From assembly GCA_002269645.1 (NCBI GenBank), contig NIVC01001607.1:196427-260426 (forward strand): DNA of 64,000 nt, given 5' to 3'. How positions within the stretch are numbered: the first letter of the stretch is position 1; the number at the start of each line of letters is the position of its first letter. Positions 34,722 through 45,485 of this stretch are shown piece by piece. The position numbers were made by a program, and so were the translations under genes. The stretch comes from Macrostomum lignano (taxonomy: Eukaryota). Below the pieces are notes generated by a model, which worked only from the letters and a program-made list of their open reading frames with translations, did not search any database and was not told the DNA's origin.

Positions 34722-37700
34722 GTTGGTGTTGGTCTTGTGTCCTTTAAAGTCTTTTAATTACAGCTCAATTCTTAAATCCTTTTGATATGCTCAATTGACA
34801 ATCAGTTCTGTGAATTATTTCACAAAGAAAGTAAGCTTTATTTTGTAGACCGTGTCTACTGCAGAAGTAAGATTGAGGCTCCGGAAGAGCCAGTCGCTTC
34901 TATATATTTAGCGAGCACCGTACGCAAGCAACAAAGACCCTCGAGGGTCTCTCATACATGTACGCAAACCAAAAGGGGAAAAGGAAAGGAAGGAAGGAAC
35001 AGCAAGCAAGCAATGGGTGACGCATCGTGATAATGAACATTCCTACCCCACTTTCCCCAACCCCCTCTCACACAACACTCTACACTGTACGTCATCACAC
35101 CCCTTCCCACTAAGATCTTGATCACGGAAGGTGTCATCAAAAAAAGGGAAACAAGCGGTCATCAGTTGCAATCAGTCAATTGTAGGTCAGCCTCTCCGGC
35201 TTGAATCGCAGCCTGGCCGATCTCCGCGGCACCGTCCACTCCTCGGTAGCTGCTTCAGGACCAGCATCAGCAACGCCCATCTCTGATGCCGGGGTCTCAG
35301 GCAACTCTGCTGTTGCGAGAGGTCGATAGTTGCCTCCTTCGGGCAGCGGCAGGATGGCGGCAGACTTACAGGCTGCGGAGACATCAAGGGGGGCCGCCGG
35401 CACAATGGACGCCGCAGGCTTGCGTACCTTCTGTTGGTCATTGGTCCACACCCATTCGGATTCTTTCTTCATGAGTTCTCTCAAAGGACTTGTCAGTGCC
35501 GAAAAATTCGCTATGAATCTTGACAAGTAATTTGCACTACCAATAAACCGTTGGAGCTGCGCTTGCTTTTCAGCACGCTGTTCGAAACTGTTTGGGTGCG
35601 GCATTTCTTTGATGCTGTTTACTTTTTGTGGATCTACTTTCACACCTTTGTCAGTTAGTATGTGTCCAAGAAATCGAAGCTTGGTTTTGCCAATGCTCGT
35701 CTTTTGCCTGTTCAGAGTCAGGTTCTTTTTTCTGCATTGCTCCAAAAGATTTCGAACTGCTTGGTCGTGCTCTTCCCGAGTCTTTCCCCATACTGATGTC
35801 ATCAATATGTAGTTAGCAGATTTTTCTACCTGACTTGTCACTTCTGCAAAGAGATTCTATGGTCGATGCATTTCATACACTATGGACATTGTCAGGTCTC
35901 AATTATTTATTAATTGAAAACAGAAAAAAGGAACTTGTTAAAAAACAGTTGACAAGGAAAAGAAAATTATTACAGTTGACGAAGGAGTCAAAGTTTAGTA
36001 CTCGTATACAAAACTGGGTGCACAAGTTAGGGTGGAAAGGCATGGTGCGCATCAGATCAATCCAGTCCGGTTTTTTGCGTACAATGCCTTTCCACTGAGT
36101 CTTATTGCAGTTTTCTATTTAACTTGATTGAACTCATCGAATGCTGATCCTTGTGTTTCTTTTCTATATGTTCTCTTCTGTAACAGTACGCTACCATGTA
36201 ATCCATGCATCCTTCCCACAGATTATTAATGCACTTCTTGCTGCCGTGGCTTCTCAGCATGACGGTGCGGCTTTTCTACTGCACTATGAAGTCGACATAC
36301 TCTTTCGTGGAGTGGAAGATCAATTCACAGCTGAATTGATCGATAAGCTGCACAATGTTAGCATTATGATTGATGTGCAGACATTACCGTAGTTTATCGA
36401 TTATGGCATCGTGTCTTATTGACTAAATATTGAAACTATTGACTTTCCCATATTTTAGGCAAAGAAAGCGATAATTGGTACAATATATCGCAACCAACAC
36501 TTTATGCTTTTGTTCGTGGACCTGGAGCGGCACAATGTAGCAGTTTTGGATCCTCTTTTGTCATCCGAGCAACTTAACATTTCAATATGTGCTAACTTAA
36601 AGTAAGTTGGTGCTTAAAGTATTTAAATTGTCTTAATGCAAGTATTTAAAAGTATTCTAAACTGTCGTTTGTGTCTCACTCCCCATCTTTTGTTGATTGT
36701 TTCTTACATCCACTATTGCAAATCACTCCTCGTTCAGACAGGAAACAGGGGCGTCAAGTAGTGTGAGAGCAGACCGAATTAGAATTGGGAGAAGTTTATC
36801 GGTAATTTATTTAATTATTCATCAAGACTTCAACACAGAAGTTCTTTGGTAAAAACATTAGCAAAGAAATGGATGCGGAGTTAAAAATTGGAAAAATGAG
36901 CACCAGTGAAGCGCCAGTCACGCGACCAGTTTTAATAAAGCTCTAAAGGGGGGAGCAAGCAGGTAAGCATTCATACACCCATCTCGACCCACACCCATCC
37001 CAGCACAGAACACTGGTTTGTACTGCCTGTACGAAACTATGACGCTTAAGAAAAATTGTAGGCGATTTTAGGGTTGGCCAGTCCACCACAATGACCGCCA
37101 GCCAGTCGCGATCAAGTACCCGAGTCATGACGCTCATGACCTTGCCTCATGATATTGTGTCAAGGATCTTACCTTTTTAGCTACTATTCGCGACACTGGT
37201 TGAATTGCCAGATTGCCTAAGATACTCGTATCTAGGGCGGATCACTGGCGCCGAATGTCTATTTAATATATTTTATCAATACCAAACGACCTGCGCGACC
37301 CAACCAACAGTCACCTCTTATCACGAGTACTAATTACTTATATTAGTACTCTATTTTTTACTAAACTGATTGCTGATTAGACAGGAAACTAACGCATTCC
37401 ATTATGTTTGTTGTTCTATTACTGCTCGTGTTTTATTCTGCCCTCAGCTCCGTTCGACACTGCTTTGGCTGGCATGAAATGCAGCCTATTACTATAAAGC
37501 ACTCGATTCAGCAGGACGGGAATAGCTGCGGAGTGTTAGTGTGTAAATTCGCTGATTTGCTACTATCCGATAGCTCACTAAGTATCAATTCGGCACCAAG
37601 AGAGATGGCTCTGAGCCGTTTGGAATTGTGGAAAACTTTGCTTCTCAGGGCGGTTGACCAAGAAAATTTATGCTGGATGTGTGGAGAGAAAGAGGCGGCT

Positions 37701-37727
37701 TCACATGATGGTGCCTACGATAATTGG
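34571..37727 (+). CDS. Ulp1/SENP-like (C48) cysteine protease exons: ?34571-34717, 36222-36356, 36459-36601, 37448-37727, ending in a possible half PHD finger
   Basis: Spliced peptide DSLLSERSWISVT|IINALL...|...NQHFMLLFVDLE...VLDPL...|...QQDGNSCGVLVC supplies the H-D-(Q)-C catalytic pattern. All GT-AG junctions are phase-compatible (0, 0, 2). It is followed by LCWMCGE...DNW. Confidence 0.7.
34809..35099 (-). mobile_element. 3' LTR (291 bp) of a Gypsy-type retroelement remnant
   Basis: Minus strand TGTGA...TCACA, preceded by polypurine tract AGTGGGAAGGGG (35111-35100), with AATAAA near the end. Confidence 0.7.
35176..35841 (-). pseudogene. Ty3/Gypsy pol fragment (RT palm/thumb/connection fused to the pol C-terminal tail)
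   Basis: Degenerate YIDD, then WGKTREEHDQ...LNRQKT...FLGH...GVKVDPQKV...LQRFIGSANYLSRFIANFSALTSPLRELMKK...WVW, jumping to PRRSARLRFKPERL. Confidence 0.85.
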
Positions 37728-39249
37728 GTGAGTATGCATTGGTTTGTAAGTTTTAGCGAAGATTATACCTTATGCGTACGAGTACAAAGCGTTATTACGA
37801 TGTCGTAAATTTCGGAAATGTATCAAAAAGAGATTTCATAAAGGTATTGCTGAGCAGTGTCTTGGCAGTAAACTCCAATTTAGATTTTTCCTTTTCCTTT
37901 CAGATACAGTTTTTACAGATTGACATGCGTGGCAATTAAAAATGCGTTGTTTGTGCATTTTAAGCAGCTAATGAATATTTTATAATTTAGTTATTTGGGC
38001 CTAAAGGGCTTTCTATTGTAGTGCAACAACACCAACACGTAAAGCAGTTTTTTCTCTAGCGCACAATTTCTACAGTTTTTTATTCTGCACTTAAGGAGTT
38101 AAGCGCTTCCAAACCATGTTTTTTCTGTGTATCCAAATATTTATTTTGCATTTGAACTTTCTCTATGCATTAGCCCGACTTGCTACAATTATGGACAAGC
38201 ATTTTTGTATTGCAATATTTTTGCTATTAAGTAAATTATTTTAAAACATGCATCGTTAGATTTTTCGGGCAAGTCCTGCCCTGTCTTTCCTTTAAAAAAA
38301 ATCGACTTTCTCTCAGTCCGTTCGTTTTTATTTGCAACGAATAATGGATCACCAACGCAGAAATAATTAAAACATCATTTTTTCACAAACAAAAATTTAC
38401 CAAAAGTAAAGCTAGGGACAGCGAGAGAGGGAGGGACAGCGAGAGACGAGCAGGGAGAATTTGAAGGTAGAAATCACTTAATCCGCAAATTAGCTAACTC
38501 GCTGCCACCAGCCCGTACGCCCTGGCTCACCACACCGGGGCTCTCGAAATCGGGCTTCCGACTAGAAGAGGCTTTGCGCTTACCTGCCCTAGTGTATTTT
38601 TGCTGTCAATCTCGAAGTCATAGCCGATGATAAGGGACACTGCTGGGACTGGATCGCATTGGCCATGCAGGTACAGAGGGGACTTAAGCAGCGGATTCTT
38701 GCAGTGGCGAGTCTATGGGGCAGCTACATGTACTATTACATTGCTAAATACGAAGATGTGTACTTTTGGCCTTCAACGCGCCAACTAGCCTCTCCTAGCG
38801 CTGATAATAGGCTAACTCGAACTTCAGAGACCTCATGATTCATTACCCGAGCCGCTTGGCGAACCTAGAGTGCACAAAGTACATCTCTGGCGCCGATTCT
38901 GCACTTCTGGCAGTTTTGCTCACTGATTTGATAGATTGATCGATGCTCACTGATTTGATAGATTGATCGACTGAGAACTGCCTTGCCATTGGTCCACTGT
39001 GACCGGCGCCTACTAGCTTAGCCACTCATCTGAGCCATCGGCGAACAAAGAAATAAAACCGATTAAAATAACAGTTAGATTTAACTTTCTCCTTAATTCA
39101 CTTCACACTTCAGATTGAATTAGAGTTTCAGACTACTAGTAGCAGTATTATTGAATGACTTCTGCCTCAGCAACAGCACTACTGAACAAAAAAAAGCAAA
39201 AGTGCGCCTAATTTGGCTACTGAACCAGGGGACAGATAAGGGGTCACCC

Positions 39250-42200
39250 ATGCTTCGTCCCGACAGTTAATGCTTCGTCCCGACAGTTAATGCTTCGTCC
39301 CGACAGTTTATGCTTCGTCCCGACAGTTAATGCTTTGTCCCGACAGTTATATTCGGCCATATCCCGACAGTTAATGCTTCGTCCCGACAGTTTATGCTTC
39401 GTCCCGACAGTTAATGCTTCGTCCCAACAGTTAATGCTTCGTCCCGACAGTTAAATTCGGCCATATCCCGACAGTTAATGCTTCGTCCCGATAGTTAAAT
39501 TCGGCCATATCCCGACAGTTCATGCTTCGTCCCGACAGTTCATGCTTCGTCCCGACAGTTAATGCTTCGTCCCGACAGTTATATTCGGCCATATCCCGAC
39601 AGTTAATGCTTCGTCCCGACAGTTAATGCTTCGTCCCAACAGTTAATGCTTCGTCCCGACAGTTAAATTCGGCCATATCCCGACAGTTAATGCTTCGTCC
39701 CGATAGTTAAATTCGGCCATATCCCGACAGTTCATGCTTCGTCCCGACAGTTCATGCTTCGTCCCGACAGTTAATGCTTCGTCCCGACAGTTATATTCGG
39801 CCATATCCCGACAGTTAATGCTTCGTCCCGACAGTTAATGCTTCGTCCCGACAGGTAATGCTTTGTCCCGACAGTTAATGCTTCGTCCCGACAGTTAAAT
39901 TCGGCCATATCCCGACAGTTAATGCTTCGTCCCGACAGTTTATGCTTCGTCCCGACAGTTAAATTCGGCCATATCCCGACAGTTAATGCTTCGTCCCGAC
40001 AGTTAATGCTTCGTCCCGACAGTTCATGCTTTGTCTTGACAGTTAATGCTTCGTCCCGACAGTTAATGCTTCGTCCCGACAGTTAATGCTTCGTCCCGAC
40101 AGTTAATGCTTCGTCCCGACAGTTAATGCTTCGTCCCGACAGTTAATGCTTCGTCCCGACAGTTAATGCTTCGTCCCAACAGTTAATGCTTCGTCCCGAC
40201 AGTTAAATTCGGCCATATCCCGACAGTTAATGCTTCGTCCCGACAGTTAATGCTTCGTCCCGACAGTTCATGCTTTGTCTTGACAGTTAATGCTTCGTCC
40301 CGACAGTTCATGCTTCGTCCCGACAGTTAATGCTTTGTCCCGACAGTTATATTCGGCCATATCCCGACAGGTAATGCTTCGTCCCGACAGTTAATGCTTC
40401 GTCCCGACAGGTAATGCTTTGTCCCGACAGTTAATGCTTCGTCCCGACAGTTATATTCGGCCATATCCCGACAGTTAATGCTTCGTCCCGACAGTTAATG
40501 CTTCGTCCCGACAGTTAATGCTTCGTCCCGACAGTTAATGCTTCGTCCCGACAGTTAATGCTTCGTCCCAACAGTTAATGCTTCGTCCTGACAGTTAAAT
40601 TCGGCCATATCCCGACAGTTAATGCTTCGTTCCGACAGTTAATGCTTTGTCCCGACAGTTAATGCTTCGTCCCGACAGTTAATGCTTCGTCCCGACAGTT
40701 AATGCTTCGTCCCGACAGTTAATGCTTCGTCCCGACAGTTAAATTCGGCCATATCCCGACAGTTAATGCTTCGTCCCGATAGTTAAATTCGGCCATATCC
40801 CGACAGTTAATGCTTCGTTCCGACAGTTAATGCTTTGTCCCGACAGTTAATGTTTCGTCCCGACAGTTAATGCTTCGTCCCGACAGTTAATGCTTCGTCC
40901 CGACAGTTAATGCTTCGTCCCGACAGTTATATTCGGCCATATCCCGACAGTTAATGCTTCGTCCCGACAGTTTATGCTTCGTCCCGACAGTTAATGCTTT
41001 GTCCCGACAGTTATATTCGGCCATATCCTGACAGGTAATGCTTCGTCCCGACAGTCAATGCTTCGTCCCGACAGTTCATGCTTCGTCCCGACAGTTCATG
41101 CTTCGTCCCGACAGTTAATGCTTCGTCCCGACAGTTATATTCGGCCATATCCCGACAGTTAATGCTTCGTCCCGACAGTTAATGCTTCGTCGCGACAGGT
41201 AATGCTTTGTCCCGACAGTTAATGCTTCGTCCCGACAGTTATATTCGGCCATATCCCGACAGTTAATGCTTCGTCCCGACAGTTTATGCTTCGTCCCGAC
41301 AGTTAAATTCGGCCATATCCCGACAGTTAATGCTTCGTCCCGACAGTTAATGCTTCGTCCCGACAGTTCATGCTTTGTCTTGACAGGTAATGCTTCGTCC
41401 CGACAGTTAATGCTTCGTCCCGACAGGTAATGCTTTGTCCCGACAGTTAATGCTTCGTCCCGACAGTTATATTCGGCCATATCCCGACAGTTAATGCTTC
41501 GTCCCGACAGTTAATGCTTCGTCCCGACAGTTAATGCTTCGTCCCGACAGTTAATGCTTCGTCCCGACAGTTAATGCTTCGTCCCGACAGTTAATGCTTC
41601 GTCCCAACAGTTAATGCTTCGTCCCGACAGTTAAATTCGGCCATATCCCGACAGTTAATGCTTCGTTCCGACAGTTAATGCTTCGTTCCGACAGTTAATG
41701 CTTTGTCCCGACAGTTAATGTTTCGTCCCGACAGTTAATGCTTCGTCCCGACAGTTAATGCTTCGTCCCGACAGTTAATTCTTCGTCCCGACAGTTAAAT
41801 TCGGCCATATACCGACAGTTAATGCTTCGTCCCGATAGTTAAATTCGGCCATATCCCGACAGTTAATGCTTCGTTCCGACAGTTAATGCTTTGTCCCGAC
41901 AGTTAATGTTTCGTCCCGACAGTTAATGCTTCGTCCCGACAGTTAATGCTTCGTCCCGACAGTTAATGCTTCGTCCCGACAGTTATATTCGGCCATATCC
42001 CGACAGTTAATGCTTCGTCCCGACAGTTTATGCTTCGTCCCGACAGTTAATGCTTTGTCCCGACAGTTATATTCGGCCATATCCCGACAGTTAATGCTTC
42101 GTCCCGACAGTCAATGCTTCGTCCCGACAGTTCATGCTTTGTCTTGACAGTTAATGCTTCGTCCCGACAGTTCATGCTTCGTCCCGACAGTTAATGCTTT

Positions 42201-43048
42201 GTCCCGACAGTTATATTCGGCCATATCCCGACAGGTAATGCTTCGTCCCGACAGTTAATGCTTCGTCCCGACAGGTAATGCTTTGTCCCGACAGTTAATG
42301 TTTCGTCCCGACAGTTATATTCGGCCATATCCCGACAGTTAATGCTTCGTCCCGACAGTTAATGCTTCGTCCCGACAGTTAATGCTTCGTCCCGACAGTT
42401 AATGCTTCGTCCCGACAGTTAATGCTTCGTCCCAACAGTTAATGCTTCGTCCCGACAGTTAAATTCGGCCATATCCCGACAGTTAATGCTTCGTCCCGAT
42501 AGTTAAATTCGGCCATATCCGGACAGTTAATGCTTCGTTCCGACAGTTAATGCTTTGTCCCGACAGTTAATGTTTCGTCCCGACAGTTAATGCTTCGTCC
42601 CGACAGTTAATGCTTCGTCCCGACAGTTATATTCGGCCATATCCCGACAGTTAATGCTTCGTCCCGACAGTTAATGCTTCGTCCCGACAGTTCATGCTTT
42701 GTCCCGACAGTTAATGCTTCGTCCCGACAGTTCATGATTCGTCCCGACAGTTAATGCTTTGTCCCGACAGTTATATTCGGCCATATCCCGACAGTTAATG
42801 CTTCGTCCCGACAGTTCATGCTTTGTCCCGACAGTTAATGCTTCGTCCCGACAGTTCATGCTTCGTCCCGACAGTTAAAATCGGCCATATCCCGACAGTT
42901 AATGCTTCGTTCCGACAGTTAATGCTTTTTCCCGACAGTTAATGCTTCGTTCCGACAGTTAATGCTTCGTCCCGACAGTTAATGCTTCGTCCCGACAGTT
43001 CATGCTTCGTCCCGACAGTTCATGCTTCGTCCCGACAGTTAAATTCGA
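39250..43048. repeat. 3.8-kb satellite of a 20-bp unit (ATGCTTCGTCCCGACAGTTA) interspersed with a 24-bp variant (AATTCGGCCATATCCCGACAGTTA)
   Basis: Visible tandem units. Confidence 0.95.
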
Positions 43049-45088
43049 CCTTATTCTTGCAGCTAATATCTCGTACTGTTAAAACATTTTATTCTGTAGC
43101 GTTTTAATGTTTAACAAGAACTGTTAAAGCTTTATATTTTTCATGCACTATTCTGACTTCAGCAGTTAATTTGAAGGTGGAGTGATTCAAAAATGTTTCT
43201 AATATTTTTTATGGTATTTTAGTGTTGAAATTAAAGTCCTCATTAAAGATAAGCTGCATTTTATGATACGTAAATGTGTCCCGAAATAATTGTTTTTTTT
43301 ATGATTACTAAATAATAAAAAACAAAATTATTTTGTTTGTAATATTAATTTTCAGCTGAAAAAATGGAAAATCTAGTTGCTGTAAATTTTGTTTTAGTAC
43401 ACTAAAATATCGGTCGGAATATCGATAGGAATATCGATCGGAATATCGGTCGGTAAATGTTATACACGTACGACCCACCGGCCCTACTCGTTTCAAGTCG
43501 TTTGTCTGGCTGTCATGCGTCACATTGCGCTTGCCAATTGTTTGACAGAAATGGTTTTGTGATTTTACCTAAGTGATTTAAAGTGTCGCTTAAAAGTGTG
43601 GCTAATAAATAAGTTGGCTATATATTAATAAGAAATAACAAAGTAAAGGGTGTTCGAAAAATAATTTATAGCAATAGCCAATAGGTAAATTATTATTATA
43701 AACATTTAACCAATTAATCAATTTTGATGAATCTGTTGGCATTTTTGCCAAAGGATTTGTAATTATCTGAAATAAATACCATTATATATTATTTTAACCT
43801 GCTTTAATGTCGTAATGATATAAAGCCAATGTGTAAAATATTCAAAAGATGAGTTTAAATCCCTATGCTTTCAATGAAAAGCCAAACAAGGTTAAATTCT
43901 TGATTGGTTCAACTCATATTCTGATAAAAATTGAGCCACAACTTTTCTCTTTCTATTATATAGGCCTCAACAGAAATACTGTTATATATTGCCTATATAC
44001 AAAAGAAAAAAGGGCAATCCTCAAGTTTTGCACATTTAATTATTTTTTCAAAAATAGCAACTTTGTTAGTTACCACCAGTAAATATTTGAACTCGCACAA
44101 GTATAAGACATGGTAGTGAGATGGCAAACATTGATATGTTTATAGGCCTAGTTATTAGGCCTAGTTTGAGATGGCTAAAAGTTATGTCTATGACTCTATG
44201 GGCTATGGTGAAAACCTGCAATAGCTCCCTATTTTTTAAAAAGGACTGAGGTTGGAGGGACTGGGATTCTGAGGGATTTATTGCCTTGCTTGCTTTCTTG
44301 AGCAATCTTGATTATTAATCTTGAGTAACAACTCTTTTTTATCATGGCTAGATGCCTTGTAGCACCTACTAGCATAATTCCAATTGCAATGTTCAACCTG
44401 CAATGCTGTTGCAATTTCTAGGCCTATGGTACATTGCCAACTGTGCAACACCTTTGGCAATAGCAATATACTTTTATATATGGCGCACTACTATGATATC
44501 TAATGCAACCAAATGTGACAACAAATTTACTAACTATTGTTTAATTTTGTTAAAACTTCATTCAATTTTTTAAGTTGGAAAAATAATTAAGTATGAAACT
44601 AGAGGATTGCCAAAAATGTTCAATGGCTGCATAAATACATTTTGACCTTGGCTGACTGACTGACTGCATAGTCAATTGCTTTTTATAGATTTCTATCTAT
44701 CCATATATCTACTATCTACTTAATGTCTAAGATCTGTTTGTTTGTTTGTAAAATTCTAAAGATTGAACTGATTGACTAGTCTCATTTGTATTTTTGCTAA
44801 AAGATCTATAATTAACTAGAAAGAAGAGTTTTAGGTTCTGTTACTAGATTATTTAATAGAACTATAGCAATTTAGTAAAATAATTCAATTTAGTAAAAAC
44901 TATTTATATTAGTATGCAGTTCTTTTCTTTATGATATTTTAACCATTTTTAAATTTTCAAGTCATAAACACTAGGCCTATCTCTATTTAAATGGAATATA
45001 TACGCATAAAAAACCATAATCTCCTAGTAAAAGTTAAAGATGATACAAAAAAGTTGGGAATCATTTTGGCTCTAGCCTAGAGCAAGAG

Positions 45089-45295
45089 CCTTGAGTAACA
45101 CACTTAACTGTGCATTGCTTCAGATCACCCAGCTATAAAATTGGCACCAGCATTAGGGGTACTTTAGGGTATATGTAAGACCCCCTAGTCCATGGACTGA
45201 ACAGCTATATGCAGCCTTCAGAAGTGCCATAAAAAAGCTACTAGCTGTTGGTTGCACATCTGGCCCAATTTGGGGCAGGTGTAATCAATACTTAT
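45089..45295 (+). mobile_element. Degenerate, 5'-truncated copy of the CORE-like SINE
   Basis: Aligns by eye to 45826-46040 (CCTTGAG.AA.ACACTT...GCATTGCTTCAG.TCACCCAGCT...). Confidence 0.7.
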
Positions 45296-45485
45296 ATTAT
45301 TTGGCCCTAGTCTATTTCATTGTTCAAGTTGAATTAATTATGAGGCTTTAAAGATGCCTAGAAATGCTAAAATACTTATCATTCATGTCTAAGTAATATT
45401 ATTTCCATTCTAAAAAATGAATGTTACACGTTGGGATATACTTCTGCAGTTTTTATTTCACATCAAGAATAGAAGTGCAAACACA

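Larger units (their letters stand above)
25021..43470. mobile_element. Possible 18.4-kb composite element bounded by 67-bp inverted repeats (25021-25087 and 43404-43470)
   Basis: TACGTGTATAACATTTA followed by four 12-bp modules (CCGACCGATATT-like), with its reverse complement 18.4 kb away at 1 mismatch. It encloses the MULE/Ulp1 gene. No 9-bp TSD; only a possible TA. Confidence 0.45.

Noticed and set aside
37728-37960. Completion of a PHD finger after LCWMCGE...DNW
   Set aside because: I could not find a downstream exon with the remaining Cys/His ligands, so the PHD call is left tentative.
39250-43048. CRISPR-like array
   Set aside because: The variable parts are two recurring variants rather than unique spacers, no cas genes are present, and the context is eukaryotic.
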